From assembly GCA_951406725.2 (NCBI GenBank), contig OX597831.1, positions 52,018,001 through 52,082,000 of the forward strand: 64,000 nt of DNA. Direction: 5' to 3'. This document shows positions 54,869 through 62,617 of the stretch, piece by piece. This stretch comes from Octopus vulgaris (taxonomy: Eukaryota). Positions within the stretch are counted from its first letter, which is position 1; each line of letters begins with the position of its first letter. The position numbers were made by a program, and so were the translations under genes. The notes below the pieces were generated by a model. It searched no databases. It was not told where the DNA came from and saw only the letters and a list, made by a program, of their open reading frames with translations.

Positions 54869-57800
54869 GTATGTATAAATATAAACAAATATTTGTTTTT
54901 TCATGAAAAGCATTGAAATATGTATTGTACAATACAAATAGGGTAATTTACCCAGTATTTTTGCTGTTCTAATGGCAACTCTGCATTTGAAAAAATATCT
55001 TATTTTTGTTGTGCAATATATATATATATATATATGTGCATGTGTGTGTGTCTGTGTTTGTGATTTGATGAGGTAGGAAGGAGATAGAAGTACCTAGAAC
55101 ATGGTGAGAGTAATGTATTTCATTTTTTGGTCAGCTATTTGTGGAAATATCTTTTATCTTGTCTCAGTCATTACACTGCAGCCATGCTCGGACACTGCTT
55201 TGGAAAAGTGAGATGCTTACAGCACTAGGTTTCCCAAGTGGTCACCCATCTAAGTGCTAACTCGGCTTGACATTGCTTCACTTTGGTGATCAGACAAGAA
55301 CTGGTACGATCAACATGTTCGATAAATAGATGTTGTTTAATCCATGGTGTTTCACCAACATCGAAAATGACAGTAGCAATTTCTTTCCTTTCTGTTTGCT
55401 ATTTTATAGGTGCGTGCTGTGAAAGAAGGTCATGTTTTGGTTATAGATGAGGCGGACAAGGCACCAACACACGTCACGTGTATTTTGAAGACACTTGTGG
55501 AATCTGGAGAGATGCATATGGCTGATGGCCGCAAAATAGTCTCTGGTTTGTCCTCTCTTTTTTTCTTTTGGTCTTTTTCTCTCTCTTTCAATCTCCCTCA
55601 CTCACTCCTTCTCTCAGTCTTTCCCTCTTCCTCCTTACCACTTTCCCTCCTCAGGTCTTTCATCAGATTTGTCAGTTTGTCGTCAGAACAGATGATATTT
55701 TTAAAAATGCTTACTTGAAGCTATATAGAGATATACTTGCAATCTTAAAGTGTCAGTTTCAAGTTCCCTCCTTCCCCTCCTCTTTTCCTTTCATTTTGTA
55801 TTTATTTAAATTTTATTCTCTGTTTATCCAGCCAATTCTCGAGTGCCACCTTCTGAGAAAACCATTGTGACACACCCTAATTTTCGTATGATTGTCTTGG
55901 CTAATCGACCTGGCTTCCCATTCCTTGGTAATGATTTCTTTGGCGCAGTAGGTAAATATCCTGATTATTGTTTTATTCGTTGTTGTTTTTATTAATTCGT
56001 TGGAGAAAATGCTTTGCAGAATTTTCTTCAGTTCCGTATGTTTTGAATTCCAATGTTACCAAAGTCAATTTTGCTTTTCTTCCTTTTGGGGTTGATAAGA
56101 TAAAGCATCAGTCAAGTACTGTGGTTGTTAGTATTGACTTACCCTTCCTTAAGGATAGCTGACCTTCTTATTTCTTTACTACCCACAAGGGGATACACAC
56201 AGAGGGGATAAACAAGGACAGACAGATGGATTAAGTTGATTATATGGACCCTAGTGCGTAACTGGTACTTAATTTATCGACCCTGAAAGGAAAGGCAAAG
56301 TCGACCTCAGCAGAATTTGAACTCAGAATGTAGTGGCAGATGAAATACCGCTAAGCATTTCGCCCGGCGTGCTAACGTTTATGCCAGCTCGCTGCCTTAT
56401 AGCTGACCTACTGCCAAAATTGGATTATTTTTATTATTATTGTTGATGTTCTCGCAGTGAGCTGGCAGAATTATTACTGTGCAAGGCAAAATTCTAAGGG
56501 AAATTTCGTGTGTCTTTACGTTCTGAGTTCAAATTCCAGTGAGGTCAGCTTTGCCCTTCATCCTTTAAGGCATTAAGCTGGCAGAATTGTTAACAGGGCA
56601 GCAAAATGCTTAGTGGCATTTCATCTATCTTTACATTCTGAGTTCTAATTCTGCCAAATCAATTTGCATTTCATATTTTTGGGGTCAATAAAATAAGTAC
56701 CAGTCGAGCACTGCGGTTGTTGTAATCAGCTTACCCTCTCCCCCTGAAATTACTGGCTTTATGCCAAAATTTGAAACCATTATTATTATTATTATTGTGT
56801 GAAAGAGCAGCACACCCCATCAAAGGGATGCTGGGGTACAGAGCTTGATTTCCCCATCACGACTACCCACTCTGATAAGGGTACTCTGAGCATGTTCATC
56901 ACAACCATATGTGTGCAATATGATGACCTCATATCAAGATAAATAGCATATGATCTTGTAGGTGGGGCCCTGTTAGAATTTTCTTCAGGCAGCCCATCCC
57001 ACTCAAAAGATCCCTGAATAAAAGTTGTTTAAGGATGAGGGATGAAACACCCATGCTTCTAGAGGTGAATTATTCAAACCCCAACGAATTCTTCTTAACA
57101 CATGACTATAATGCTCTGTTACTACTCCTGCTCATGATCTGAGATGCACATATTGCCAGCCACTAAGGGACATGCTCAACTAGTTATGGTCAAGCAACTG
57201 ACAGGCAAATCTGTAGTATTTACACAAAGGCAAAACATGTACACTTCTAATCAGTTATGATCAGAAGCCATGAGAACCACTGCCTGATATTGTATCTGGG
57301 TAATTATTATTATTATCATCATCATCACCATGGCCACCTTCTTCTTCTTCTCCTCCTCCTCGTTGCTGTGGATGGATGGGCTGGCAGGCAGTCTATGGTA
57401 GAATGCAGATAACAAGATGGTGCTATTACGATTCATTGGAAGATCAGCAAGCTGGCAAAACCATTAGTGTCAGAAGGAATGGTTTGTGGTGCATCTTCTG
57501 ACTCTTTATGTTCTGTGTTTGATTTCCCCCGGTGTCATGTTTGGCTTTCATCCACCATAGAGTGATAAAATAAGGTACCAGTCAAGTACTGGGTGCAATG
57601 GTACTGACTAGTCCTCTTCCCTCAAAATTGCTGGCATTGTACTAAAATTTGAAACCATTATTACCTTTCATTTGTAGGAGACATCTTCAGCTGTCATGGA
57701 ATAGATAATCCAGACATGGACTCTGAGATTGCCATGCTCCAACAGTATGGACCAGATGTTTCCAATAACATTCTCAGGAAGTTGGTTCTGGCATTTGGTG

Positions 57801-59671
57801 AACTAAGAAATTTAGCAGATCAAGGGCTGATCAACTACCCTTATTCCACCCGTGAAGTTGTCAATATGATTAAGCACCTGCAGGTATGTCAGTATTTGTT
57901 AATAAATTGTATTTATGTTCCTAAAAAAAAAGGAAAAGCCTTAATCAATTTTTAATTTTCTTTGGGGTTTTATGAGAAGTGTCTACATCACTTGACCAAT
58001 CCTAGTGAAACAAGTAGCCAATCCACTTATAACTTTGTTATAACTTTGCAATTTTTGACAGAAATGGGTTTCTTATACATGTTAAAATAGAGTAGATAAT
58101 ATGTTAAATATTTATGTTAAATACCTATAGAATGCAAATAAATAGCTCCAGAAAACTGGAGCTACTGGATTTGATGTTCATATAAGTGGATTGGCTACTT
58201 GTTTCACTAGGATTGGTCAAGTGATGTAGACATTTCTCATAAAACCCCAATGAAAATTGAAAATTGATTAAGGCTTTTCCTTTTTTTTGAATTTACAGAG
58301 AAATTGCTGAATTTACATGTCTACTATGGAGGTTTTACATATCATCATCATCATACATCCGTTTTCCATGCTGGCATGGGTTGGACAGCTTGACAGTAGC
58401 TGGCAAGGCCAGGACTGCAGCAGGTTCCATAGTCTGCGTTGGTTTGAGCTGGCAGAAACGTTAGTGTGCTGGGCGAAATGCTTAGCGGTATTTTGTCTGC
58501 CATTACGTTGTGAGTTCAAATTCCGCCGAGGTCGACTTTGCCTTTCATCCTTTCGGGGTCGATAAATTAAGTACCAGTTACGCACTGGGGTCAATGTAAT
58601 CGACTTAATATCTATGTCTGTCCTCATTTGTCCCCTCTGTGTTTAGCCCCTTGTGGGTAATAAAGAAATAGGTTTGATTTTTACAGCTGTATGTCCTTCC
58701 TACTGCCAACTACATAATATATATACACGTATACATATATATATATGCCAGGTATTTTGTTGAGTCTAGGGAGAGTCATTATGTCAATATAATTAACACA
58801 CACACACAGTGGTTGTGTGTGTTAATTATATTGGCATAATGACTCTCCCTTGACAAAATTTGTTTCAACACATGAATTCATATAAAGAAACTTGCAAACC
58901 AGATGCAAAAACAAAGTATGCCAGGTTTTATTTGATTGAAAAGTTTGATTTTCTTAGGTTGGTTCACAGTATTCTGTATCATAAAAATATTTGAATTTAA
59001 ATTAACTGTTAAGCATATAAAGGTAACAGAATTTTATGTTACTATTTAAAAAGAAAACAAATCTTTCTGTTCATATGATTTGGAAGAATCTGGAGCTAAT
59101 AGAGGTCATAATAGAAATAACTATGCTATGGGGGGTAAGTATTTTAAAGAAATATATAATTTCTCCCCTTTATTTATTCACAAAGTATAATTAAGAAGTA
59201 ACTAAATATTGGTTTCACATTTTCGCACAAGGCCAGCAATTTTGGGGGAGGGGTAAATCAATTACATTGACCCCAGTGCTCAACTGGTACTTATTTTATT
59301 GACCCTGATAGGGATGAAAGGCAAAGTCAACCTCGGTAGAACTTGAACTCAGATCATAAAGATGGATAAAATGCAGTTAAGCATTTTGCCCAATGTGCTA
59401 ACGATTCTGCTAGCTTGTCGCCTTAAGAAGTAACTGAATATTTGATTTCAAATTTTGGCAGAAGGTCAGCAACGTCAGGGTAAGGAGTAAGTTGATTACA
59501 TCGACTTTAGTACTCAGTACTTATTTTATTGACTACTAGCAGTATAGCCCAGCCTTGCCTGGGATTAAGTTAGGATTATTAAGCTAATCAAGTTCTTTAT
59601 TTCAAACCAAACTAAGTAACATTGACGTCAAATTTGGGCGAAATCCATTGAAATTGGTTTATATATATATA

Positions 59672-59716
<45 letters not shown>

Positions 59717-60347
59717 GCAACACACACACATATGTACGTATACCTATTGCATACATGTTTTTTGTATGCATACATGTTTTTTGTACGTATACATGTTCAT
59801 GTGTGTGTTGCCCATATATCAACAAAACACTTTTCTCTTCAATGGAAAAAAAACAAAAGTCTTAACAAAAACTTACTCGTCGCTAGAAGGGGTCTTAACT
59901 CCAGTTTGCAAACAATGATGATTTCTCCGACTTGAAAATTGTTAAAAGTTTTGGTTGAAAATTTATTTTTACTGCTTTTCGCTGGTGCTTCTGGGGAAAA
60001 TAAGTTGACGAAAATACAGCTAGGGTCATGATGAATGTCCTCCTAAAATTGGAGTGACATGCATGCTAATTTGTGGACGTGCATAAATTACATTCATGTG
60101 TACACACACACACACACACACACACACACGCGCACACATACACACAGAGCAAGAGTTAACATACATAAAAGTTTTCTTTTCTCTTTTCTTTCCAGAAATT
60201 TCCAAATGAAGGCCTCACAACTGTGTTGAAAAATGTTTTTGATTTTGACGCTTACAATGAAGAACTGAGGGGGACCATAATAGATATCATGGCAAAACAT
60301 GGTATACCCCTTGAGGCCAGTGACAGCCAAGTGAAACTAACCAAGGA
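13725..60347 (+). CDS. VWA8: von Willebrand factor A domain-containing protein 8 (mitochondrial AAA+ ATPase), exons 1-26, 3'-incomplete
   Basis: The spliced translation matches VWA8 throughout (HLRWIMQKDLL, LEGIEKAERNVLPVLNNLLENREMQLEDGRFL, GNPLDPPLRSRFQAR, GPKGCGKS, GNQGVGKNKIVDRFL, LVIDEADKAP, YPYSTREVVN). All 25 introns are GT-AG and phase-compatible; 3077 coding nt. Confidence 0.97.
17493..17907 (-). mobile_element. tRNA-derived SINE (family A, with internal (TA)/(TG) microsatellite), near full length
   Basis: Minus-strand head gagtggctgtgtggtaagtagc..gggttcagtccc and tail atggccgcagtcaaatgactgaaacaagtaaaagag. Further copies at about 19225-19665, 20220-20590, 26050-26460, 33200-34165, 34615-35005 and 48580-48976. 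Confidence 0.9.
21445..21525 (+). CDS. VWA8: VWA8 exon 2
   Basis: ttag|..SKHVSIGDIKKVLKQPQNPELVPVKY|gtaagt. Confidence 0.92.
22582..22637 (+). CDS. VWA8: VWA8 exon 3
   Basis: tcag|CSNPSQAVLRHLRWIMQK|gtatat. Confidence 0.95.
24171..24501. repeat. Tandem duplication of about 160 bp directly upstream of exon 4
   Basis: Copy 1 is 24171..24330. Copy 2 starts at 24331 (caaatagtgtgctatagtgc...aatcactctttattgttc) and carries a short insertion and a few substitutions. Confidence 0.95.
24515..24589 (+). CDS. VWA8: VWA8 exon 4
   Basis: ttag|DLLEQDVFLIGSPGPIRRQLAMMYL|gtaagt. Confidence 0.96.
25244..25320. repeat. (CTG)n/(CTA)n trinucleotide repeat
   Basis: Directly visible; ends about 20 nt before the exon 5 acceptor. 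Confidence 0.95.
25340..25450 (+). CDS. VWA8: VWA8 exon 5
   Basis: gcag|ELTKREVEYVSLSRDTSESDLKQRREILAGNAFYVDQ|gtaaac. Confidence 0.97.
26581..26748 (+). CDS. VWA8: VWA8 exon 6
   Basis: tcag|CAVNAAVKGRVLVLEGIEKAERNVLP...RYDQLLE|gtcagt. Confidence 0.97.
27090..27254 (+). CDS. VWA8: VWA8 exon 7
   Basis: ttag|DYSKEELDKQNLVRVHEDFRVIALGLPVPRYKGNPLDPPLRSRFQARGISALPFK|gtaaga. Confidence 0.97.
28180..28229 (+). CDS. VWA8: VWA8 exon 8
   Basis: gcag|EHLEMLQEIGPKISSN(K)|gtaagc, phase 2. Confidence 0.92.
30131..30239 (+). CDS. VWA8: VWA8 exon 9
   Basis: acag|LSLMLSFGTTLLTEESVSLGLPDFPIDNLSAMIAVL|gtaagt. Confidence 0.95.
30730..31834 (-). mobile_element. Internally deleted Tc1/mariner-superfamily transposon with nested SINE
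   Basis: TA-flanked imperfect TIRs cagggtatttgagctaaatttga / tcaaatttatcttgaacagtctg, and a transposase remnant FPDCNPMEYYV (cf. SPDCNPLDYYVW). A family B SINE at about 31479..31683 is flanked by the 16-bp TSD atatttagatggcttc. Confidence 0.85.
32010..32114 (+). CDS. VWA8: VWA8 exon 10
   Basis: tcag|NSHPHLSLTDVIYRIYPYNMFLNKEGIAAVEGTMK|gtgagt. Confidence 0.95.
32567..32683 (+). CDS. VWA8: VWA8 exon 11
   Basis: tcag|KFDLVDHRSREAMDVTNVDKSGMYATVHMKSGSDTSHCK|gtatgt; less conserved linker, phases fit. Confidence 0.88.
34438..34569 (+). CDS. VWA8: VWA8 exon 12
   Basis: tcag|VPAGLNDF...AEMLQSHQVRDFCLIGPK|gtaaga. Confidence 0.96.
35460..35537 (+). CDS. VWA8: VWA8 exon 13 (completes Walker A GPKGCGKS)
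   Basis: tcag|GCGKSVLVENFANYLGYHIEPVHLHQ|gtatga. Confidence 0.96.
36553..37120 (-). mobile_element. CR1/L2-group LINE 3' fragment
   Basis: The minus strand reads DINRLEAVQQRATKRIPSIRHLPYPKRL...FFTLRVAEAWNKLPASVVSCRSTASFKTSM, followed by an AT-rich tail. A shorter copy lies at about 40085..40335. Confidence 0.88.
38147..38307 (+). CDS. VWA8: VWA8 exon 14
   Basis: aaag|DMTSRDLLQQRSTRPNGDTFWVSSPLVSAALQGNLAVLDGVHRINPGSFSVIQ(R)|gtaagt. Confidence 0.97.
39339..39452 (+). CDS. VWA8: VWA8 exon 15
   Basis: taag|LIHDRELQLYDGTRLLHADRYNQIKESTGKTDTELSE|gtaaat. Confidence 0.96.
39825..40087 (+). mobile_element. Helentron-associated non-autonomous element (HINE/DINE-1-like), copy 1
   Basis: Shares its body with 46123..46474. 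Has a (AAAC)n stretch and a 3' stem-loop acctccacctt-tgct-aaggcggagat, in an A/T-rich site without TSD. Confidence 0.65.
41153..41321 (+). CDS. VWA8: VWA8 exon 16
   Basis: ctag|GILPIHPSFRIIALAEPPVIGSTKQQWLSPELLSMFLFHRIRPLALIEEELVLKTL|gtatgt. Confidence 0.97.
42458..42657. mobile_element. MITE-like fold-back element
   Basis: About 40-bp TIRs tgcaaaggattctctggtcctttcacagacaaccttttgta / tacaaaaggtcgtttgtgaaaggaccagagaatcctctgca, plus inner IR aaatgcactctaagt / acttggggtgcattt. Confidence 0.85.
42926..42997 (+). CDS. VWA8: VWA8 exon 17
   Basis: ccag|VPNCPDMTVLLKFVHNMRASTDPA|gtaagt. Confidence 0.94.
43850..44246. mobile_element. MITE with about 27-bp TIRs, 8-9 bp TSD and internal telomeric repeat
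   Basis: TIR gatcttttcagtttgaacggcagtttt / aaaactgccgttcaaactgaaaagatc; TSD caattgtc(a) at 43842 and 44247; ccctaaccctaaccc at about 44134..44148. Confidence 0.9.
44460..44835. repeat. Long fold-back palindrome (arms about 140-170 bp)
   Basis: tggagtaaaaattatttgccaacataacatggcagtcctggtttaggac... is the reverse complement of ...gtcctaaaccaggactgccatgttatgctggcaaataatctttactcca. Confidence 0.95.
44930..45045 (+). CDS. VWA8: VWA8 exon 18
   Basis: ttag|FVSLASSLSTRQLLRIAHRLANFPSEDLGSIIQKACLS(K)|gtgagt. Confidence 0.96.
45181..45287 (+). CDS. VWA8: VWA8 exon 19
   Basis: caag|FLPRMVRLSLEQALQDAGLETSTNSKFTNLEEATT|gtatgt. Confidence 0.94.
45460..45761 (-). mobile_element. tRNA(Arg)-like-headed SINE, full length, 15-bp TSD
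   Basis: Minus-strand head ggaggcacatggcctagtggttagagcagcggactcgcggtc..gggttcaaatc; TSD caaatatacttcctt at 45445..45459 and 45762..45776. Confidence 0.93.
46123..46474 (+). mobile_element. HINE/DINE-1-like element, copy 2
   Basis: Homologous to 39825..40087; 3' stem-loop acctccgcctt-cgct-aaggcagaggt. Confidence 0.65.
46853..46959 (+). CDS. VWA8: VWA8 exon 20
   Basis: acag|(C)EVKDGMVRIRNTKLPVCKPDNITKVPNILFYENNQ|gtgagt. Confidence 0.94.
48275..49264. mobile_element. Fold-back/TIR element interrupted by two SINEs
   Basis: Arm ttttgttgtggctagggagagtcgttatgccaatattatcaacacac (about 48337) is inverted against gtgtgttaataatatgggcataatgactcccctaaatacaacaaaa (about 49218). A compact relative lies at 58755..58920. 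Confidence 0.7.
49364..49512 (+). CDS. VWA8: VWA8 exon 21 (Walker A GNQGVGKN)
   Basis: tcag|HLIVMEDMLKDYSLGEHLLLVGNQGVGKNKIVDRFLQLLNQPREYIQLH(R)|gtatgt. Confidence 0.97.
49826..50136 (+). mobile_element. tRNA(Arg)-like-headed SINE inserted in a (TA)n tract
   Basis: A-box tggcccagtgg, TCG anticodon-like loop and B-box gtttcgattcc; flanked by (TA)n inside an older family A SINE. Confidence 0.9.
50824..50899 (+). CDS. VWA8: VWA8 exon 22
   Basis: ccag|DTTVQTLTLQPTVLNGVIMYEDSPL|gtaagt. Confidence 0.97.
50966..51535 (-). mobile_element. Older RTE-related LINE 3' end
   Basis: (CAT)n tail, shared 3' UTR block, and ORF end GRGRPRKTWDEV encoded on the minus strand near 51440-51480. Confidence 0.8.
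52010..52150. repeat. Minisatellite of gcactggtgctggtgccatgtaaaaa-like units
   Basis: About five degenerate units. Related arrays occur at about 23810-23990, 24655-24730 and 30460-30585, each next to an RTE-tail repeat. Confidence 0.8.
52333..54830 (-). mobile_element. Young 5'-truncated RTE-clade LINE (RT with PHD-type finger, 3' UTR, (TGA)n tail)
   Basis: ORF 52725..54932 has NYRGIKLL, QFGF..STTDAIF, FVDLEKAFDRV, GVHQGSALSPLLF, YADDL, FRYLG and RLRWYGHVLRM. One frameshift near 52835; no endonuclease domain; flanked by (TA)n on both sides. Confidence 0.97.
55215..55317 (-). pseudogene. 5S rRNA-derived sequence (5'-truncated, diverged)
   Basis: The minus strand catgttgatcgtaccagttcttgtctgatcaccaaagtgaagcaatgtcaagccgagttagcacttagatgggtgaccacttgggaaacctagtgctgtaagc aligns collinearly with animal 5S rRNA from about nt 15 to the 3' end. 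Confidence 0.9.
55410..55545 (+). CDS. VWA8: VWA8 exon 23 (Walker B LVIDE)
   Basis: atag|VRAVKEGHVLVIDEADKAPTHVTCILKTLVESGEMHMADGRKIVS|gtttgt. Confidence 0.97.
55832..55951 (+). CDS. VWA8: VWA8 exon 24
   Basis: ccag|(A)NSRVPPSEKTIVTHPNFRMIVLANRPGFPFLGNDFFGAV|gtaaat. Confidence 0.97.
56166..56398 (-). mobile_element. Family B SINE with 11-bp TSD
   Basis: TSD atagctgacct at 56155..56165 and 56399..56409; nested in an older SINE. Confidence 0.9.
57678..57883 (+). CDS. VWA8: VWA8 exon 25
   Basis: gtag|(G)DIFSCHGIDNPDMDSEIAMLQQYGP...YPYSTREVVNMIKHLQ|gtatgt. Confidence 0.97.
57923..58288. repeat. Long fold-back palindrome (arms about 110 bp)
   Basis: aaaggaaaagccttaatcaatttt...ctagtgaaacaagtagccaatccacttata is inverted against tataagtggattggctacttgtttcactag...aaaattgattaaggcttttcctttt. 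Confidence 0.95.
58448..58670 (+). mobile_element. Family B SINE inserted into an RTE-tail repeat
   Basis: TSD ggtttga at 58441..58447 and 58671..58677. Confidence 0.88.
58768..58850. repeat. Compact hairpin of about 83 nt
   Basis: agggagagtcattatgtcaatataattaacacacac / gtgtgtgttaattatattggcataatgactctccct. Confidence 0.93.
59535..60165 (+). mobile_element. Possible non-autonomous Helitron/Helentron-like element
   Basis: Starts actagcagtatagcccagccttgcctggg (short 5' hairpin) and ends with a (CA)n tract, an architecture seen in microsatellite-carrying rolling-circle elements. No TSD. Confidence 0.4.
60196..60347 (+). CDS. VWA8: VWA8 exon 26
   Basis: ccag|KFPNEGLTTVLKNVFDFDAYNEELRGTIIDIMAKHGIPLEASDSQVKLTK(E)|gtaaga. 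Confidence 0.96.
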
Positions 60348-60644
60348 GTAAGACATCTTTACTACCTGTTGTCTGTAAGAGGGTTGTATGTGTTGACGTG
60401 GAAGGAAATTTGGCAGGGAATTGCTTCACCAGCAATATTGGCACTGCATTCCACTATCATTCTGACAAATAATTTTAAATAATGCTACAATTATTAATAT
60501 TAGTTTCAAATTTTGGCACAAGGCCAGCAATTTCAGGGGAGGGGTTAATTTGATGACATGTTCAACTGGTACCTGTTTTATTATCGAGCCTGAAAGGATG
60601 ATAGCCAAAATCAAACCTAGTGGAATTTGAGTTCAGAACATATA

Positions 60645-60680
60645 GATATACATATGTGTATGTGTGTGTGTGTGTGCGTA

Positions 60681-60735
<55 letters not shown>

Positions 60736-60835
60736 TGTGTGTATGTATATGTATATATATGTATTGTGTGTATGTATATATATGTATTGTGTGTATGTAT
60801 AAATATGTATATATATGTATTGTGTGTATGTATAG

Positions 60836-60871
<36 letters not shown>

Positions 60872-60880
60872 TTGTGTATA
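60645..60880. repeat. Complex (TG)/(TA) microsatellite
   Basis: Directly visible; source of several spurious ORFs. Confidence 0.95.
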
Positions 60881-62273
60881 TGGCAGCACTATATTCCACT
60901 CCACTAGCTGTAATGATGATGAAGCTGATAATGAAAATAATAAAAATGATGAAAATACTTTTCTTTTTGATGATATTAGTGATGACACCAAAACATACCC
61001 AATGATTTCTATCCCTCACTTCCAGATCAATTATGTCCAATTTTTTTTTTAAGCAACGGGAGTTGCCTTTTTGATAAAAAAAAAAGTTTTTTTTGAAAAT
61101 TTATGAAATTTTGCAAACCTCTCTTCCCCACTTGATACTGATTTTGGCCTGGGGAAATTGGCAATCATCATTACAATTCTCAATTTCTTTATGTTCAAAC
61201 AGAAAATGAAATGTAAATTAAAAACAAGAATGACATTTTAAAGATATTTTCATATTTTCATATTTTCCTTGCTAAATCCTAAAATTTCAGCTTTTTTTCG
61301 AAAATGTTATAATCATAGCTTTAAGATACAGATAGTCTGAATCTGCAATTTGTTTCTTCTTATAATTTCAAAATAATTTTCAGATGAAAAGGTGTGTGAT
61401 TTAAGGGAGATTTAGCTGTTGTTTCTAGTACATCCCACGACCACCTGGTTTCCTTCTCATTTCTTTGTCACATCTATTGATGTTTTTAAATATTTTTCTC
61501 CCCATAAATATATATTTTATGGACTGATGATGCAGTTGTCCATTGCTGGTATTTAAGCAAAAACTAAAAAAAAGTTTGTAATATAAATTCGTAATTTCCC
61601 ACACTAAGCAAAGCAAGTCCGTGTTTGTGTGTGCGTAAGACAAAACATGTTTACTAACAGAAATGTATACTACTAAAATAAATCAACTTCTACATAGCTT
61701 TTAGAACCACTGTCGGCTTAATGAAATTCTTTACTCACATGTATACACATATGCTGACAAACACACACACTTAGAAAATCATGTTACTTTCTTGGAAATT
61801 TGTGGCTTTTCACTGCCATTTGAAATCATATTAGTGTGTTTCTATTCCTGGATGGTAGAATCAGTGGTGTGGCAAACAAAGTGTTTTATAGTATTTAATG
61901 TTTTGTATCTTTGCATCTTGATTTCAAACCTTGTCAAGATTGACATTACTTTTCATTTTGCCTGGGGTCAATCAAATAAATATCTTTCAAGTACTATTCT
62001 CCTTGCTAAAATCTCTGGCCCTCTGCCTAAATTAGGAAATTATTATTAATTATTATTAAGGTGGTAAGCTGGCAGAATTTTTAGCACACTGGACAAATTG
62101 CTTAGTAGCATTTCTTCCAGCTTTATGTTCTAAGTTCATACTCCACTGAGGCTGACTTTACCTTTCATCCCTTCCATGGTCAATAAAATAAGTGCCATGT
62201 GAGCATTCGGGTTGATGTAATTGAATAACTCCTCCTCCAAAATTTCAGGCCTTGCGCCTAAAGTAGAAAGAAT

Positions 62274-62617
62274 TGTTGTATAATGAAACTCTACATCCCT
62301 CCTGGTAAAAAGTGGTAGTAGGCAGCCATTATAAATAGACCATTAGCTGGTTGAAGGTGGAAGGTCAGAGAAGGTCGAGAGTACGTGTAGACTGTGTTGA
62401 TAGTTGTGTCTGTGCCGATCTAGTAATTATACTGTGATACTGAGTGGATGTTATATCGATCTAAGCCTCTTGAGGATAATAACACTGTACAACTGGGGGT
62501 CGTACAGTGTCAGATATAAACATTCTATCGATGACTTCAGAATATAACACTATCTGTCAAAGTGACAACCGTTGTCAAAAGACAGATACAACAGTGGCAA
62601 AAGACTGCTTTACAACA
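62274..62617 (+). mobile_element. Solo-LTR-like element (344 bp)
   Basis: TGTTGTA...TACAACA inverted termini and an internal tataaatag; sits in the (ATT)n tail between two SINEs. No clear TSD. Confidence 0.6.

Noticed and set aside
54831-54932. N-terminus of the 735-aa ORF (MYNTYF...IYIYIY)
   Set aside because: It is translated flanking DNA and (TA)n; the LINE is 5'-truncated at about 54830.
55215-55317. Functional 5S rRNA gene
   Set aside because: The 5' end is missing, there are many substitutions, and it is solitary rather than in a tandem array.
60617-61052. Several overlapping 60-141 aa ORFs
   Set aside because: Products of (TG)/(TA) microsatellites that lack stop codons.
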